Source: Candidatus Dormiibacterota bacterium (GTDB taxonomy: Bacteria > Chloroflexota > Dormibacteria > Aeolococcales > Aeolococcaceae). From it: a stretch of 64,000 nt of DNA. The DNA lies in contig CAVQVY010000024.1 of assembly GCA_963717185.1 (NCBI GenBank), positions 65,057-129,056 on the forward strand, given 5' to 3'. The translations under genes were made by a program, and so were the position numbers. The notes beneath the pieces are model-generated. The model saw only the letters and a list, made by a program, of their open reading frames with translations, did no database searches and was not told the DNA's origin. The first letter of the stretch is position 1, and each line of letters begins with the position of its first letter. Below are positions 59,968 through 64,000 of this stretch, in pieces.

Positions 59968-60555
59968 CTACTCGCGGGCGAGTGGAAGTGGTCCGAGATC
60001 TGCTGCCAGCTGGCCGCGTTGGCGCCACCGGGCAGCGGGGTGTTGCCATCGAAGTAGTGCACCGCGCCCGTCTCCGTGTTGCGGTACTCACCCGCGCTGA
60101 CGATGGTGCCGGCGGTGAATCGCACCCCGGTCGAGGATGGAGAGCCGGGCTCGCTGCGCCGGCCGGCGCTGCCGCGGCGCTGTGCAGGGTGGTGGTGGTC
60201 GGACAGCTGCTGCCAGCTCGCAGAGTTGGCGCCGCCGGGGAGCGGGGTGTTGCCGTCGAAGTACTGCGTGGCGCCGGTGTCGACGTTGCGGTACTCGCCG
60301 GCGCTCACCACCGTGCCCGCCGGGAAGCGCACGCCCGCGGAGGATGGCCGGTCCGGCTCGGTGCGCACCGCCGGGACGCCCCCGTCCGGTGTTGGGGTGG
60401 TGGTGGTCGGAGATCTGCTCCCAGGCGGCGGAGTTGACCCCGCCGGGGATGGGCGAGCTGCCGTCGAAGTACCGGGTGGCGCCGGTCTCGACGTTGCGGT
60501 ACTCGCCGGGGCTGACGACCATGCCGGGCCGGAACCTCACCCCGCGATCACTCAT
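59964..60555 (-). pseudogene. Protein made of three tandem YjzC-like modules, one frameshift
   Basis: Three copies of GVRF.xG..VS.GEYRN.xTGA..YFDG..P.PGG.N.A.W.Q.SDH.H. Module 1 is in ORF 60088-60693 and modules 2-3 in ORF 59964-60368. They rejoin if the G4 run at 60394-60397 is read as G3. Confidence 0.6.
59975..60555. repeat. Three tandem direct repeats, period 207/208 bp
   Basis: The landmark GTTGCGGTACTC recurs at 60078, 60285 and 60493, giving spacings of 207 and 208 bp. The flanking sequence is about 75-85% identical by eye. Confidence 0.85.
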
Positions 60556-60631
60556 GCCGGTGTCCCATGACGCAGATCCTACGCCTGCACCGGTGTTCAC
60601 GCGGCGAACAGAGTGTTGTAGAAGTTCACAT

Positions 60632-61159
60632 GTGTGTGCCGCCGCCGCCGTCCCCGTCCTCCGTGGCGACGCGGTTCGGTTGCGCCCGGTCACCGCCGCA
60701 GACGCGCCCCGCTTCCTCGAGATCCTCGCCCACCCCGTGGTCGCGGAGTGGTGGGGGAACTACGACGCCGAGAAGGTCCGAGCCGAGCTCATCGAGCCCG
60801 ACGACGGGACGGTGGTGCTCGCGGTCGAGAACCAGCGGCAGGTGATCGGCCTCATCCAGTACCACGAGGAGAACACCCCGGATTACCGCAGCGCGGGCAT
60901 CGACATCTCCCTGCACCCCGACTGGCATCACCGCGGGCTCGGCGCCGACGCGCTGCGCACCCTGGCGAGGCACCTGTTCACCGACCGGGGGCACCACCGC
61001 CTGACCATCGACCCGTCGGCTGAGAACCACGCGGCCATCCGCTCGTACGCGAGCGTGGGCTTTCGCCCGGTCGGCGTGATGCGACGCTACTGGCGGAGCC
61101 CCGACGGGACGTGGCGCGACGGCCTGCTGATGGACCTGCTCGCCGAGGAGCTCGCCTAG
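60632..61159 (+). CDS. GNAT family N-acetyltransferase
   Basis: VIGLIQYH...HHRGLGADALRTLARHLF...IDPSAENHAAIRSYASVGFRPVGVMRRY. Start set at GTG 60632, the first start after the divergent gene. Confidence 0.8.
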   Translation: MCAAAAVPVLRGDAVRLRPVTAADAPRFLEILAHPVVAEWWGNYDAEKVRAELIEPDDGTVVLAVENQRQVIGLIQYHEENTPDYRSAGIDISLHPDWHHRGLGADALRTLARHLFTDRGHHRLTIDPSAENHAAIRSYASVGFRPVGVMRRYWRSPDGTWRDGLLMDLLAEELA

Positions 61160-62609
61160 CCCGGCGCAGCCGAGGTCGCTGTGTCGAGCTCGCCGTACAG
61201 ACGGATGTACTGGTCGGCGACGACGTCGATGCCGCAGAACGCGCGCAGCGCGCGCACGTTCTCCTCCGTCCACCGCTCTTCAATGGTCGTGGTCCTCGAG
61301 CACGGCGACAGCCCCGCTGACTGCCTGGTCGAGCACGTCGGCGCGCAGCTGGTGGAGCCCGCCGAACTCATCGAGGCGGCCGAGCTGGGCTGCGTCTCCG
61401 AGTGAGATGTAGTGAGGGATGTGCTCGCGCACGTAGCGCTGGAACACGGGGTACTCGAAGACCGCCAGCGGCAGCCGCGCCCACACCGCCTCGATGGCCT
61501 GGTTGCCGAAGCCCTCGTGCTCGGGCGGGTAGCAGACGAGGTCAACCGCCTGGTACGTGCTGTAGAACGGGTAGTGGTCGCGGTCGCCCGCCTGCCACCG
61601 CCGGTCGGGGACCACGATGTCGCCGCCGTAGGCGAGCGTCATCCCCATGTGCCTGGCGTAGGCGACGAGCCTGTCGAAGTACTCCCGGTTGTCGTCGAGG
61701 TCCTCGCCCTGGGGCAGCAGCAGCACCACCCGGCTCCCGGCGGTGAAGCCACGCCGGCTGCGGCCGAGGCCATCCGCAGCGCCCTCCAGCGCTGCCCGCC
61801 GCGATTCGAGACCCGCGACCAGCTGGATGGCGAGCTCGATGGACTTGTTGATCGCGACCCTCGCCGGCATGGCCACCACGAGGTCGCCGGTGCCGACTGG
61901 CCGGGCGTCGCCCGAGAGGACCTCGAGCCGAGCCCGGAACTCCGCCACGTCGATGGCGAGCACCTCGCGCTCGAAGTCGAAGCCGTCGGGGATGACCGTG
62001 CCCTCGATGCCTTTGCGCTCGCGCAGCGCGTCGGCGGCGATGGGATTGATGAGGGTGTGGCGGGCGTTGGGCAGCGTCGGGCACATGATCCGGTCCATGA
62101 GCTCGCCGACCTCCGGGTAGGGCGTCTCGAAGTTCCGAGCGTTCGGGCCCTCCCAGTACAGGTCATGGTGCTGCATGAGGAACCCGATGTCGGGCCTGTC
62201 GACGGCGATCCCGTAGAACGCCAGCGTCGCCGGCAGGTTGTACGGCAGCGACATGATGTTGCGGATGTGCACGAGCCTGACTTGGTGCTCGTCCAGGTAG
62301 CGCTCGACGGGCTGCCGGATCGCCGCCGCGCGAGAGGTGATCTCCTCGACGAGTGCGCGGCCGGTTGAGCCTGATCCGTCGCCGGCCGCAGCGGCGAAGA
62401 TCCGCGCGCGCAGCGCCACCGCGTCCGCGGACTGGTACGCGAGCTCGTCGAGTTCAGCCCGTCGCTGCCGTCGGGGACGTCGCACGCGCAGGGGTGCACC
62501 GTCCAGCCCCGCGTGCGGAGCTCTTTGCTCAGCTCCTGTGACTGCAGCGAGACGCCGTCGGTGCCGAAGAGCTTGTAGTGGACCTCGAGCGTCGCGCCCG
62601 GCAGGTCAC
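61156..62609 (-). pseudogene. GT-B fold glycosyltransferase (GT4-like), at least three frame breaks
   Basis: The N-terminus (LEVHYKLFGTDGVSLQSQELSKELRTRGWTVHPCACDVPDG), the core (ORF 61280-62485, ...PPEHEGFGNQAIEAVWARLPL...) and the tail (TIEERWTEENVRALRAFCGIDVVADQYIRLYGEL) lie in different frames. GTG 62609 overlaps the ccsA stop if GG 62604-62605 is read as GGG. Confidence 0.6.
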
Positions 62610-63547
62610 GCCCGGGCGTAGGAGTGCAGGCCGGCGATCCAGAGGTTGACCGCGTAGAGGTCGGCGAAGATCGCCACCAGCCCGACCACGGTGATCAGCG
62701 CCGCGCGCGTCTCGCGCCACCCGTAGGTCACGCGCGCATGGAGGTAGATGGCGAACACCACCCAGACGATGAAGCTGAACGTCTCCTTGGGGTCCCAGCC
62801 CCAGTACCGACCCCAGGCGTGCTCGCCCCAGACCGCACCCATCATCACCCCGAAGGTCCACACGGGGAAACCGATCATCACGAAGCGGAAGCTCCAGGAG
62901 TCCAGGGTCGCTGACGAGGGCAGGCGGCGCAGCGAGCTCGCCAGCGACGGCAGGAAACCGCCGCCTCCGCCCCCGCCGCCGCCTCCGACCAGGACCGCCG
63001 CTCCGCCGCCGCCCGCGGTGACCGCGGCGCGAGAGCCACCGGCCACGGCCAGGGCGTAGCCGTCCGCCCAGCGACGCGCCAGGAAGAACATCGCGAAGAA
63101 GCTGGAGAACACCAGCAGCCCCGACGCCGTCGCCATCGAGGTCACGTGGATGGTGAGCCAGTAGCTGTGCAGCGCCGGCACCAGGTTGCCGGGTGGCACG
63201 TACAGCATGTACGCCACCGCCATCAACCCGATGGTGAGGATCATCGCGGGCACCCCGAGCAGCCGCTGGCCGGCGCGCAGCGAGATCACCAGGAAGACGC
63301 TGGCGACCACGAACGAGATCCCGGTCGAGTACTCGTAGATGTTGCCGAGCGGCCAGTGGCCGGACTCGAACGCGCGGGTGAGGATCGACGCCAGGTGGAA
63401 CGGCCAGCCCAGCGCCACCAGGCCCAGCGCGGTGTCGGCGATGCGCTTGCGGCGGATCGGGACGTACAGGAAGAAGCCGATCAACGCCGCCAGGTAGAAC
63501 GCCACGGCCACGCCGAAGAGCGTCAGCGAGAGCGGGGTGTCGTTCAT
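62606..63547 (-). CDS. ccsA: Cytochrome c biogenesis protein CcsA/ResC (system II heme handling)
   Basis: Trp-rich motif WGRYWGWDPKETFSFIVW and conserved His residues. Contains an inserted loop with 10 consecutive Gly. The ATG overlaps the resB stop (ATGA). Confidence 0.85.
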   Translation of the reverse strand: MNDTPLSLTLFGVAVAFYLAALIGFFLYVPIRRKRIADTALGLVALGWPFHLASILTRAFESGHWPLGNIYEYSTGISFVVASVFLVISLRAGQRLLGVPAMILTIGLMAVAYMLYVPPGNLVPALHSYWLTIHVTSMATASGLLVFSSFFAMFFLARRWADGYALAVAGGSRAAVTAGGGGAAVLVGGGGGGGGGGFLPSLASSLRRLPSSATLDSWSFRFVMIGFPVWTFGVMMGAVWGEHAWGRYWGWDPKETFSFIVWVVFAIYLHARVTYGWRETRAALITVVGLVAIFADLYAVNLWIAGLHSYARA

Positions 63548-64000
63548 CGCGTCAGCGCCTCCTCGCGGACGGGATGTGGCGGCGGCTCCTCCGGCGCTGA
63601 GGGGACCGCCCCGGCAGCTCGCAGGATAGCCTTGCGGCGCTTTCGCCTGCGCTCCAGGAACGGCCGCAGGTACAGCTTGGTGAGCAGCCCCACCATGGTC
63701 AGCACGAACGCGGTGTAGACGAGCGGCACGCCGTTGTCCTTCTTGACGTGGAACAGGGAGAACTGGCGCAGGTCCGGGAAGGAGATCGTGAAGTTGGCCG
63801 TGCCGCCGTTGGCCGCGGGCAGGGCCAGCGTGGTGGTCTGGTGGATCGGCAGCGCGAAGGCGGCGGCGCCGCTGTAGTACGGCGTCATCCCGCCGGTGTC
63901 GAGGGTGAAGACGTCCTGCGAAGCGCCACTGTCCAGGCCGAGGTCGCCGACGAAGAGCTGCACCTCGAGGACCGGGTTGTCGGCCGCGGCCGTGCCCGGG
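63544..64000 (-). CDS. resB: Cytochrome c biogenesis protein ResB/Ccs1 (C-terminal part; 5' end outside window)
   Basis: FSLFHVKKDNGVPLVYTAFVLTMVGLLTKLY is the ResB C-terminal TM region. The ORF is open to the window edge. Confidence 0.8.
   Translation of the reverse strand, partial: PGTAAADNPVLEVQLFVGDLGLDSGASQDVFTLDTGGMTPYYSGAAAFALPIHQTTTLALPAANGGTANFTISFPDLRQFSLFHVKKDNGVPLVYTAFVLTMVGLLTKLYLRPFLERRRKRRKAILRAAGAVPSAPEEPPPHPVREEALTR

Noticed and set aside
59975-60555. Regularly spaced 207-bp repeats, checked as a possible CRISPR-like or satellite array.
   Set aside because: The repeats are contiguous without unique spacers, and they translate into a conserved protein module in one strand and frame. 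This is a coding tandem duplication, not a CRISPR array.

Overview
This is a high-GC (roughly 70% by eye) chromosomal segment of actinobacterial type, densely coding on both strands with about 70 genes and one tRNA. I recognised no rRNA, CRISPR array, transposase or integrase.

Housekeeping content:
- A 2-oxoglutarate dehydrogenase locus (kgd/odhA-type fusion plus lpdA).
- Citrate synthase and ispH.
- tdh and kbl.
- Acyl-CoA carboxylase beta subunit, enoyl-CoA hydratase and a TB7.3-like biotinyl protein.
- Cytochrome c biogenesis genes resB and ccsA.
- Signalling genes: FIST with GAF-GGDEF-EAL, a hybrid histidine kinase, TetR, and an ECF sigma/anti-sigma pair.

Items worth a second look:
1. 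A promoter-to-terminator mini-operon encoding a VirB2-like protein, a VirB6-like protein and an SSB that lacks the acidic C-terminal tip.
2. A stand-alone RNase-A-like toxin domain translationally coupled to a CdiI-like immunity gene.
3. A tightly coupled cluster (membrane protein, DUF4129, DUF4350, MoxR, DUF58) with nearby RDD and SpoIIM-like genes, all of unknown function.
4. An apparent all-in-one lipoyl-PSBD-E2o-E1o polypeptide.
5. A heavily decayed type IV coupling protein next to tRNA-Arg(CCT).
6. A triplicated YjzC-like repeat protein.
7. About 35 frame-breaking lesions confined to about 15 genes, many at G/C homopolymers, while about 30 kb of neighbouring genes is intact. This is either regional consensus error or real pseudogenisation.

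Family names come from motif recognition in the translations. No database search was run.
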